Below, piece after piece: positions 24,711-35,718 of a DNA stretch of 64,000 nt (position 1 is its first letter; every line of letters begins with the position of its first letter). The notes below the pieces were generated by a model. It was given only the letters and a program-made list of their open reading frames with translations. It was not told where the DNA came from and did no database searches. A program made the position numbers and the translations under genes. The stretch is from Podarcis tiliguerta (taxonomy: Eukaryota): assembly GCA_965153285.1 (NCBI GenBank), contig OZ229112.1. One strand, given 5' to 3'.

Positions 24711-26929
24711 GGTTGGATAGGCGAGAGAAGGGTGTTTCCCTCGCAGAGGGTGATGTCTGTGGTACAGAATGTGCCAGGGAAGGCAGAAAGAGAGATGTGC
24801 TGTTCTAAATCTTACCTCAGGCTCTGGATTACATGCCCTGTCAACGGATCCCCTCCATTTTGCCAACCCCTCCCCTGGCCAAATTTACACAGTACCCCCC
24901 CCCCCTTTTTTTTTTGCAATGCACCATCATGGCAGCCTAGCCATCAAAACAAACAAAAGTTAGGTCCCATAGCCCATGTCGTATTGGGCACACAATGTGC
25001 ACATGCATCAGTCACAGGTGGGTTGCCCAAATCATCTGCTTACTTTACGCATCATAAAAGTGCCAGCTCATCGCTTTTAAAAAGTTGTTAATGCCCTCTC
25101 CACAGGGGCTTGCCTGGCCACTGACTTTGGTGTTGTTTAACTGTCAGATGAATACCTTTACTGTATGTATATATATTCCCACATCTTTTAACTTTAGGTT
25201 GTAGCCTTCGAGGCTTGTGTTTTTTTATGCTGTATTGTACATTAATTTGTTTTCATTCTGGTTTGCTTTATTTCTAGTTACCTTTGGCAATTATGTTATA
25301 AGGTGCCCTATAAATACTGTTAATAAATAATGTGGAGGCTTACCCACTGTGACTGAAGAAAGAATATTTTCAAAATAATGTCTGGATTACTTTTCTAGTT
25401 GCATGATTTCAGTAGAACTTGTATACCAAAACTGAAACATGTTTCACCTCTCCGGGTATATTTTGTGAGTAACAAATGTTTTGGGGTTTTTAATGCGTAT
25501 CAGTTAAAATTATTCTGCAGACTGGGAACAACTTCTAGCAGCTTACCTGCTACTTCCAGCTCCTACCAGATGGATAATGGATGCCACAGTTCCTTCCGCA
25601 ATCTTGTATGAGGCATTTATCTAGTGTGAGCCTTGCAACAACCTCTTCTTCGGGCTTTTAAATACATAGATCAGACACTTTTTAAAGAGGGAGTAGCTGG
25701 GGCAACTGACTCAGGGCTCACACATGTAGAGGGGCCGCGTGAAAATTAGCACCGGTGTATTCTTGCCATTTTTACTTCAATTTTTCAGAATACTAGTAAC
25801 ATGAACTCCATAAACTTAATCTGGAGGGAAGGGTGTCACAAAACAAACTCCACAGTGGGGTGGCATACTGTCCTAGGTCTATAACAGCATGAGTAACTGA
25901 TTGTTATTGCAGGCAGCATGAATAGCAGCTCAGCCTAATCACGATGCCCTCAGGCTCTCTGCTTCCCTCATGCACAGATTCTGATTGCTAGCAGACTCAG
26001 AAAAGAAGAAAGACAAACAGTTCAAATTGGGCACACTAAGATAAAGCAGAGGATGATGCATTACAAAGTTATCACAGTCTGTTCCCTTTGCTCACAGCAT
26101 CCAATTGCACAACATAGCCTTTCCAAACTCCCTTCTCACGTTACTGAAACCTTGTTTTAAACTTCCAGTTTTCTCCACTCAGGTCAATCCCTACACTCTA
26201 CTCAAACTTCCATCATTGTTTTAAACCAGCACTTTCCCCCTCACATTGTTATTCCATCCCTGCTTTATTCAAACCACTGCTGCTGTTTAAAATGGTCACT
26301 TCTTTCCACTCAATATCTTTCTGTCTCTGATTTACTCAAGGCCCCTGGGCACATGCAAATGTACTCATGCAGAACCTGTTATCAGCTTCTGCTAAAGACA
26401 TGCAAGTTATGGGTGAAGCTAGCATGAAAACAGGGCTCTTGATGTTAATTGCATTTTGCAAATGTGTTTTCAACTTCTGTTCTTCAATGAGGGAGCAGAT
26501 CGCAAAGCAGCTTCCTATATGCATTACAAAATAGTTGAAAATGTGCATCCCACACCACATGCTCAGTATGAGTAAGCACTGCATTGGAAACCTTATGTCT
26601 CGATGTGCATCTACACCCAACCCAATTTATGCATATAATTTTCAAAAGCACAAAGACATTGCATGCAAGAGTCTCCTCCGATGCTCAAGGTATGCTTTCT
26701 GAGTCAGGATGTAGGAATGTGGATATACTCCATGTGTAAACCATATACTCCACTGTATTCCCACTGACTTGCCCCACAATTCTAAATACATTTACTAGGC
26801 AATGAGTTTTATGGATTTCAGTGTAACTTTGTTCCATGTAAATCTGCGTAAGTTGAGAGCCTGGAGCTCAAATCATAAACACATTTCCTGTAAATTTCAG
26901 AAACATTTCAAAATTGAGGTATGAGGTAT

Positions 26930-27300
26930 TATTACTATTACTGTATTTGTTAAATTTGTATAGTGCCCTCATTTGTAGATCTCAGGGTAGTTCACAACAA
27001 AATATTACCATATAAAAACCGCAAAGTACATAATAAAAACAAACACAAACCAATAATCCACCCTCGCACAACACATTTAAAAGGGCAGCTAATGTTAATC
27101 AGCCGAAGGACTGTAAGAGGAAAGTTTTTGGCTGATGCCCAGAGGTATATAATGAAGGCATCAGCTGAACCTCCCTCGGGGGAGCATTCCAGAAACGGGA
27201 AGCCACTGCAGAAAAGGCCTGTTTTTGTGTTTCCGACCTCTTGTGGAAGAGGCACACAAAGAACTACCGGTACCTCAGAGGATGATCTCAGGGTCTCTGA
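26930..27300 (-). mobile_element. Degenerate L2 LINE 3' fragment
   Basis: Minus frame TLRSSSE..V...VPLPQEV resembles the L2 ORF2 C-terminus, followed by an L2-type tail. Confidence 0.6.
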
Positions 27301-28632
27301 ATTATTGCAGTTCTGAGCCATTGAAGGAATTAACCTCAGTCTTTTAAGCAAATTTGTCTGGAAGGAAAGGTTGTTGAAATTAGGACCTATATTCAGGTGA
27401 TGTCTTTAGGACTTGAATGTTGGATTGCTAATAGTTCAGAAGTTTGTATTTCAAACATTTTCTCTTGGCGCAGGAGATTATTATTATTGTTTATCAAATA
27501 GTGCAGACTAAGTACTGTAATTTAATTTTAACTCCTTTACTTACTTAGCTCCTTTTGTTCTCTTCCAAGAAACTACAGCCCTCTGCTGGAAAGAATCAGA
27601 CGTGCACCAGGCTCAAGTATCTAGCTGTGGCGATGCATAAATGAAACCTTGCCACTCAGAGCCACACACAGAACAGTGGAGAGAGATCTGAAATCAGGTC
27701 TTCCACAGTCCCGCACCCATGGTAAAAGTGGCTGGGAATGGGGCCTGAATTAGAATAGCACCATGGCTTTACAGGTCAACAATTTCCTCCTGGTAAATTT
27801 TCTCAGACTCAATTCTCCTATAGATACAAAACTACTTCAGGTGCTCATATGGTGGCAATTCAGATCAGGAAACCAGCACAAGAGAGAGAGATGGAGGAAT
27901 CTCCCACAGAATCATAGCCTTGATTTGATCCCAGCAAGGGAATCTGTGAAAGATGTGATCACAGATTTTCCAATGTCACATCTAGTTGAGACAAGAAGCC
28001 ATTATTACCCCATATTTAAATCAAAACATGCAACATGTAATAAATGAAATTTATACCACCACCAGTCAGAAATACATAAGGCAGAGTGAAGCAGCTGCCT
28101 GAGGCAGCTGGTTTGGGGTGTTATGAAAGGGCAACAAATTGAGTAACAACAACAATTGTATTTGTACTACCAGGGAAGGGTGTTTGGTGGACCATAGAGA
28201 TGCCACTAAAAAAATAAAAGAAAGTGTAGATCAAATAAGACTAAAGGTAGCCCTCCCTTGATCTAGAACAGGTACTATAACTTCAAGGCATCCATTCTAT
28301 GCGAAGTTTTGATTTGGCAACCTCTATCTGAATACAATGTCCTAAAGAAATGCAAAAGAGATGTGGAAATGGATGAGGTTATGTTATGTTATGTCTCCTT
28401 TTTCATTTGAGATCTAGGGGCTAGCAGAACAAAAACTGTGATGATGACAAACCCTGAGGCATCGAGCATGGATATAATAACTCCAGACAACTGGAAACAA
28501 CATTGTAAGCACATTTTGACTTAGTCAGATTTATCATATGCTTCATTTATTCATTTTGTGTGCTGTTCTGGTGGATTCACTCTCAATGACTTTTATGACT
28601 TTTGTCTCTTCCTTGATTGGCTAATCAGATTA

Positions 28633-28869
28633 CAGATGTACCTTGGTTTTTTAACAGCTTGGCTCCCAAACAAATCGACTCCTGAACATCGCAAACCTGG
28701 CAGCAAGTGTTCCGGTTTGTTAAAGTTTTTTGGAAGCTGAACATCCGACATGGCTTCTGCTTGATTGCAGGAAGTTCCTGCAGCCAATCAAAGCCGTGTC
28801 TTGGTTTTCAGTTTCAGGAGTCGAACAGACTCCCAGAAAGGATTAAGTTCGAGAACCAAGGGACCACTG
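28633..28869. mobile_element. Tigger-like MITE
   Basis: TA|CAGATGTACCTTGGTT...AACCAAGGGACCACTG|TA. Confidence 0.75.
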
Positions 28870-29107
28870 TAAATCCTTCATGGCCAAACCACCAAACAAG
28901 ATTGTGATTTCTGGACATTTATTTACTAACCATAGCGAGGAAATCACTATCCTCTGTGTGATCCCCTTCTTTTAAATTCCACATCCCTTAGATATTTTCC
29001 TAATCCTGTATCCTGCTGTTGTGTATAGTTGTCTGTAGCAATTTATACCAATCTTTGATGCTGTCAGCCCAGAATGCTGTACAAAACAATTTCCAGGGAA
29101 GGAGGTA

Positions 29108-29219
29108 TGTTTGTCTCTGTAGCAAAAACAACAGAGTCTTGTGGCACCTTAAAGACTAACAAATTTATTATGGCATAAGCTTTCGTGAACTACAATCTAC
29201 TTCATCAGATGTATGAAGT
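29108..29219 (-). mobile_element. Penelope-like element terminal fragment carrying a hammerhead motif
   Basis: gagtcttgtggcaccttaaagactaacaaatttattatggcataagctttcgtg...cttcatcagatg, recognised as a reptile Penelope terminal repeat. Confidence 0.75.
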
Positions 29220-29779
29220 TGCAAGTATGTATATATGTGATTATTGTGGGCAGGGGCAGTATTGTAAAAAGTGAGTTCAGAAGGAACTGAAAAGCAGAAT
29301 TGGTGATAATTACGTATTTAGCAGTGGCCACTCACAAAAGTACAGTTGGGTTGATAATAGAGTACAGATATTCTGTCACTGGTGAGTCAATCAGCACATG
29401 CAATGATTTTAGTGGGTTGTTCTGATTACCACTGTATAATACCTAAAATATGTTTTGTATTTCATGATAAGTATATTTGTGCAGGAGCAGCTTGCCTGGA
29501 GAGGTAAAGCCGTAGCAATAGGTTACTGGAAGGGGTGACATAGTGGCAAGAGTTAGGGGCTACGGAAGACCTAGGTCAGTCACCTGATATCACAGTGACA
29601 TCAGGTGACCTAAAGTTAAAAAAAACCAATTTGCATTATCAGCTTAAATTCAAGTAAGTTATGTAAAAGATAACTGCATTTACAGCAAGCCTTGCTATAA
29701 GTGGGACTTGCTGGAAGTGTTTCAGCACTTACAGAAAGTTCTCTTTGGACTGGGATCATCAGTACTATGGAGTTCCTGA

Positions 29780-30045
29780 CTTTGTCCTCATAATAAGCCA
29801 AACCTGTGAGGTTGGTTAATTTGAGAGACAGGGAGTGTCCTAAGGTCAGCTCCATCAGCTTCATGGCTGAGCAGGGCTAGTAGTAGTAGTAATACTTATT
29901 TATCACATTTATACCCCACCTTTCCTCCAAGGAGCTCAAGGTGGCATACATGGTTTTATTCCTTATTCCTTATTATTTCATATGATTCTCACACCAACAC
30001 TGTGAGTTAGTCTGAGCAACAGTGACCTGCCCAAGGCCACGCAGT
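29780..30045 (-). mobile_element. Two adjacent MIR/Squam3-like SINE fragments
   Basis: ctgtgag...ccaagg core appears twice; tttataccccacctttcctccaaggagctcaagg tail. Confidence 0.65.
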
Positions 30046-30579
30046 AAATACTAGTATTATTAAAAGATTTTTTTAAAAAAATACCGTTTTTATTTTTATA
30101 CTGTCTGTCATTTAAAGAAGAAATATCAAGGTGGTTCACAAACAAATAAAAGCCAACGGCAAAATTAAAAGAATTAAACCAATTATAGAAACACAGCTAT
30201 ATCCAACACACCAGCTACTACACTATGCTAGCTTTTACTAACAATTTCAAATGTTGCACGCATTGTTCTTTCTGTGATGATAATAAGGCCTTTGTGCATT
30301 CCAGCAGAACGGGACATTCTAAACGAATTACCAACACAGCCATTAACTGGACTGGGCTACACTCCAGTTCTGCAGAGAACAATGGAGGAAGATATGAAGA
30401 GTCTCTCTCTCTCTTTCTTTTCCAATCCAAAGCTTCCTCTCAAGCCATGGTTGCTGGTGCTGTGGGCGTTCCTTTATAGAGGGGAAGGTAGTGAGGGTTT
30501 GCGATGCTTTCCATCCTTTGTGGGAAATACCCTATTTGATCTTCCTGAAAACTGTATTGGCTCCACCAGTGCTATTATG

Positions 30580-30669
30580 ACAAAGAGTTTTGTGGCATCT
30601 TAAGGACTAACACATGTAAGGACTAAGCCTTCAGGGACTACAGTCCACTGCATCAGATGCATGAAGTGT
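30580..30669 (-). mobile_element. Second, more degenerate Penelope terminal fragment
   Basis: gagttttgtggcatcttaaggactaac...gactacagtccactgcatcagatgcatgaagt, homologous to 29108-29219. Confidence 0.68.
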
Positions 30670-31515
30670 AATTCTATATTGAAAGGGATCAACACACATG
30701 GTTGAAGTGGGGAATGGAGAGGTCAGATAATCAAAATGCAAAAAGGACAGGGAGAATTACATAATACAGAGCTGTAGGGGGGGCAGCCAGCTGGGTTTTT
30801 TACCCTGGTTGAAGCCTCCAGAGGGGTGCCGTTGAGGCTGTGCGTGCATGCATACCAAACTGGGTCTTTGACCGGGGTGAAATAAAGCCTAGTTTTGCCC
30901 CTGGATAATAGCAAAATGGTTGCAGTGGCAATTGACAAGGCAGTGTGGGTGACAACACAAACACCTTAAAATTGGTAAGTTAATTATCTCTGTGTGCACA
31001 CTATAATATACATTTTTCCCCTCAAAGAATTCTGTAGTGGGCTAAGGGTGCTGGGAATTGTAACTCTATGTGAGGGATACACTTCAGGTTGCCATATTTC
31101 AAAATTCCTAACACCTGCAAAGTTGATGAACTTTTTTAAGGAAACCATATAAAATTGTTCAGCTTTTGGGGGGAAACCTCCCCCCAAAATAGTGATTTTA
31201 AAGGTTTTGTGCTACTTTTTCCATCATACATCCAGATTTTCCATGACATTTTGCCGATTTTTACACCCAAAAACCAGGACATGTCAGGAATTTCCTAACA
31301 TATGGCAAACTGAGATGTGCCAGGAGGTGCCCATGAAGGTGCTGCCTCGGGAGCTTCTGCTGCCTGAGGTAGCTACTTCCCACCACTTCATGGGTGGGCT
31401 GGCCTTGACTGAGGCCATTATGGGCAAGCACACTGGTATCTGTTTAACTGTAAGCACACACAATTATTATTTTTTAGTAAGTTTATCAGTCTACCAGATT
31501 TGCACAAAACATCAG

Positions 31516-31516
<1 letters not shown>

Positions 31517-31550
<34 letters not shown>
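31517..31550. repeat. (TG)n microsatellite
   Basis: About 17 TG units. Confidence 0.95.
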
Positions 31551-31553
<3 letters not shown>

Positions 31554-32507
31554 CTCCAAGCCAGGAAAGCAGAGATTCATGGGTATTTGTTTACATGTGC
31601 ACATACAACTTCTGTGATCTACCACACTTAAACAAAAGAGCAGTCCAAAAATCAAAACAAGTGATGTCTCACTCCAACCTAGGCAAAGATTTAGAGTTGT
31701 TCAAATAAAAGTGCAGGCCTGGCCAGTGAGCAGGCTGAGCTGTGGGTCCTTGCCTGCCTTCCCTCAGAACTGACAGTTGTTAGTTCAGGAATCCTCAGAT
31801 CTGGAAAGCTTAACAGCCTTAACGTGTAGCATAATAAAAAAATATGGAATTACGTTTTTGCGTACTTATCACATTTAGCATAAGTTGCATTTTACTTCCC
31901 TCTGACCTCAGTCCTTTCCTTTCGACAAACGAAGGTATAGCGGCAAGGAGGGGAGCAGAACTTAGGCTTGAGGGGTCTACATTGCTTTTTGGTAGGACCC
32001 GGAGATCCACCAATCAGACCCAGCTACTAACGATATACATACTGTACACTCAAATTCTTAACGCAGGCATTTGCATCTGAGCTCACCGTCCTTCCACACT
32101 CCCAGTCACCTTTACCGCCCGCCCGCTTTCTTCATTTCAGTAGGAAAAATCAGGGGAAAGGTATTTTACTGCTGCCATTATTAAATGATTGGGGAGTCAT
32201 AAAACCTGGCTTATCTGCGGTAAGCTACCCAGAGATAAAGTCCTGATCTTCCGCCTGCACATCACGAGTCAACGCCGGGAGGAATCCAGCGGCGATTTGG
32301 CCGACGCCGTAGGGGCTTCCTTCCATTGGCTGCCTTAGGCAGCGGCATCCTCAGCCGCCGCCTTTTACGCCAGCAACCAATCAGCAGAAAGGCTTCTGCC
32401 CGCAGCAAAGATGGCCGAGGAGGAGGGCGGGGGAAGGAAAACAAACCCGTTCCATAGGCGCCGAGCCGCCGAATCATGGTAGCGGCGGCACTTCCGCCCG
32501 GCTCGAA

Positions 32508-32517
32508 GTCACGTGCC
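32508..32517 (+). promoter_or_regulatory. CLEAR-type E-box (GTCACGTGCC), candidate TFEB/TFE3/MITF/USF site
   Basis: 9/10 match to the CLEAR consensus GTCACGTGAC, about 120 nt upstream of the ATG of a lysosomal transporter. Confidence 0.7.
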
Positions 32518-32631
32518 TGCTGCTTGCCTAGGCTTTTCTGGCAGCTGACTTTGGTGGGAAGCCGCCGACAGACGGGCTGGGTTCGTCTTGGGAGCCCTGG
32601 TTTCGCGTTTGCTTTTGCCCTGGAGGGGAGC

Positions 32632-32719
32632 ATGCAGACCCCGGAACCCGAAGAGGCGGAGGAAGAAGAGGACCGTACCCCGCTCCTGCTGCGAGAAACC
32701 CAGCCCACTGGCAAGGCGG
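32632..32719 (+). CDS. SLC17A5: SLC17A5 exon 1 (MQTPEPEEAEEEEDRTPLLLRETQPTGKA)
   Basis: agcATG; acidic stretch plus DRTPLL lysosomal sorting motif; donor G|GTGAGA, phase 1. Confidence 0.92.
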
Positions 32720-33468
32720 GTGAGAGCAGCGGCTGGAGGGACCGCTTGCCCCCCAGCGCACACCTCAGTCGTGATCCTCCCGTCCTCTTTTTGTCTCCAG
32801 CAGCCAGTTCCCCTCGCTTTGAGGAGCTGTGGGGTGTAGGCGGGTTGGCGGGAGAGGGACATTTCTGTGGGGGCGCCTCCACCGTCTCCAGTATCCTGTG
32901 GAGAGGTGTCTTAACAGTCCCGGTCCTGTGTAGGTTTGCCAGTAGCTAGCAAACGCAGCATTGTCCCCCTTTATTCGGAAGGAAGTTCCATTTCGGTGCT
33001 GACTTCCCAGGACAGCCGTCTGTCGCCATGCGTATCACCGAGTATCACGGCGACCAGCTTCAAGAGGGGTGGTCGGCGACAGCAAACGCGGGGAGAGGTC
33101 TTGTGGCACCGTGAAAGCTAACGGGTTTATTATACTTTCCTGGGCTACGTTGCATTTGTGTGAACAGTTGCCTTCACTTGCCAGCTACACACATGCATAC
33201 GCAGATGTCGAGGGAGAAACCTCAAAGTGTGGGTTCAAAGAGTTTATGAAGTGTTAAGGCAATTTACAACCACACAGTAGTAGTAATAATGCATACATCT
33301 GACTGAGTTGCCCTAGCCACTGTGGGCAGCTTCCACAAAATATAAAAACATAATGAAACATAAAGTTGTTTAACAACTATTTTTTTTAAACTACAGATAG
33401 TAGCCCAGAGCAGCGATCTTGAAATTGCAGACTGATTGTTGTGAATGATTGGGCAGGCTTATCATGTA

Positions 33469-33694
33469 CAGTGGTACCTCGGGTTAAGAACTTAATTCGT
33501 TCCGGAGGTCCATTCTTAACATGAAACTGTTCTTAACCTGAAGCACCACTTTAGCTAATGGGACCTCCTGCTGCTGCCACGCCGCCGGAGCACGATTTCT
33601 GTTCTCATCCTGAAGCAAAGTTCTTAACCCGAGGTACTATTTCTGGATTAGCGGAGTCTGTAACCTGAAGCGTATGTAACCCGAGGTACCACTG
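33469..33694. mobile_element. Tigger-like MITE (same family as 59544 and 62429 copies)
   Basis: TA|CAGTGGTACCTCGGGTTA...TAACCCGAGGTACCACTG|TA, perfect 18-bp TIR. Confidence 0.92.
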
Positions 33695-34585
33695 TAGTTG
33701 TCATGACCTTTTGAGTCCACTGTTTACAATTTGCCCCCTTATTCCTTTGTGTGCGTACCAAATAAGGATAATGCTTAATACATCTGATGCGAACATAAGA
33801 AGTTGCATTATATCATATTGCCCAGTATTGTCTCCAAGGTTGTAGGTCTTCTCTTATCTGCTACTTGAGTTTTTAAGCTGGAGATGCCAGAGATTGAACT
33901 CAAGTTCTTCTGCAAGAATAGCTATTGACCCTCCCCTAAATGGGATCTAATCTACAAAATTTATGCTCCATTAAATCTGTTACGATGCTGTAATAATTTC
34001 TCTCAGTTAAGCACATAACTGCTGCCTGGGGCATGTATGTAAAGTACACTGCCTAGGAAGTAGTGCAGTTGAAGTCAGTGGGTCTTCATTCTTAAGATAC
34101 ATGTTTTAAATACAAGCACTTGCATGTTATAGATTTCCCATATAGAAGACACGTGTCTGCACACGTGAGAAACTTTTCTCTAGGTGCTGATGAACAGCAT
34201 GGTCACACACAAGCATGGTTGTTGCTTCCTTATGCTTAAACCGTGCAGCAAAGCTCCACTGGTGGTGAAAAAATATTTTTAATAAATAAATGGATTGAGC
34301 ACCATCCACACATGTGCAATTGTTGCGTGTGATGTCTTTCAGCATTGTTGGTTTGTAAATACTGGTGTGGTCCCTGATTAGATAGTGTGCATGCTATCAA
34401 TGCAGGAATTTTGTTCTGATTGACACTAGAGCAAGGCTTGCAAGACAAAAGGCAGTAAGTCTTGTTTTGTTTTACTAAGTTGTTGCTCTTATCAGAGCAT
34501 CCTAGGGATCGCTAGAAATAGAATGGTTTGGCCAGAAAACAAAATGTATTGGCATATCAGTTAAGTGTTGTGTAGGGACTAGTTT

Positions 34586-34621
34586 GGGACATGGGTGGCG
34601 CGGTCAGGGGTCCCTTTACCT
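34586..34621 (+). mobile_element. Internally deleted (ends-only) Sauria SINE
   Basis: 5' end gggacatgggtggcgc fused to 3' end ggtcaggggtccctttacct; flanked by TAG(G/A)GACTAGTT repeats. Confidence 0.7.
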
Positions 34622-35558
34622 TAGAGACTAGTTGCTATGGAGGATTGTTTACCTCTTATGCTGTATGACAAAACTAAGGGGAGTTTCAACTGTCAATAGT
34701 AATAAGGAATTAAAAGAAAAAAGTTTTAAAAAATCAAGGCTAACACAAGCACCTTGCATGAGCCTAAGAGACTCATTAAACTCCAGTGAGTATGTTTATA
34801 TCGCTATGTGCATCATTTCCAGGTTTAACCATAGTAAATAAGGAAAAGAGAAGGGTTTGACTATTTGCAGAGCACTTAATTTACTGCAAATTGGAAAGCC
34901 AAAATTCTGTAACCCCAAAATGCCAAAATACACAATTTACTGTGAGTAGGGGGGAAATGCGGCCATGTAAACCATGCAAATACTTGGTCTGATCTATCAT
35001 ATTTTATTTAATTGATGCAAGTTATTCATTATCAGCAGAAGAAACTAAAATGCTACCATACTAGGTTGAATACTGTGACCCAATTACAAGACAGTGCAAT
35101 AGCTGAGGTGACAAAGTGATGTCTCAATGAATATGAGCAAATATTTGGTAAGTGAAGAGGAAGAATGCTGCAAGTTGTTTTAGACTGAGCATAGTCCTAT
35201 ACATATCTCCTCAGAAGTAAGCCCCAGTGAACTCAATAGAACTTACTTCTGAGTAGACGTGTATCAGATTGTGTTGTTACCCTGGGCACTAAAAGTCCAT
35301 ACTAAGCTCTCTTAATGAATTGGGGGGGGGGGGGACTTTTTCAATGATGTAAGCAACCCCTGAAAAGCTAGGACTGGTTTCTGATCCAAAGAAAAGGGGG
35401 AGGTAAACGCTTTGCAAAAAAGTTGTATAAACATTTTAACAGGCACTTCCAAGGGGGGGTGAGGAAGAGAGACCATAAGCTGTGCAGCTACAAAGTATTG
35501 GGCAAGTCCTTATCTACATGGTTGCATTTCACTACAGGGCCAATGTGTTATATCAGAG

Positions 35559-35718
35559 CAGGGGTCGGCAACTTAAGGGCCTTGGGCCACAAGCGGCCCA
35601 CGGGAGTCGTTTAACCGGCCCCCTAGCCGCCCACTTGGCGAGTCCCCACACGCTGCGTTAAAGCGGCACAGCACGGCATGGGGACTTGCTTTCGCGGCAC
35701 TGAAAATAACATCTGCAC
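35559..35718. mobile_element. Truncated copy of the same hAT MITE family as 14026-14305, opposite orientation
   Basis: Starts CAGGGGTCGGCAAC; internal sequence resembles the reverse complement of about 14140-14305. Confidence 0.75.

Larger units (their letters stand above)
32250..33110 (+). promoter_or_regulatory. CpG island / SLC17A5 promoter and first exon
   Basis: CpG-dense block with ATTGG 32325, CCAAT 32377, YY1-like AAGATGGCCG 32408, ETS CACTTCCG 32489 and E-box GTCACGTG 32508. Confidence 0.88.

Noticed and set aside
32262-32882. 206-aa antisense ORF over SLC17A5 exon 1
   Set aside because: GC-rich CpG-island sequence is depleted of stop codons; low-complexity translation with no recognisable domain.
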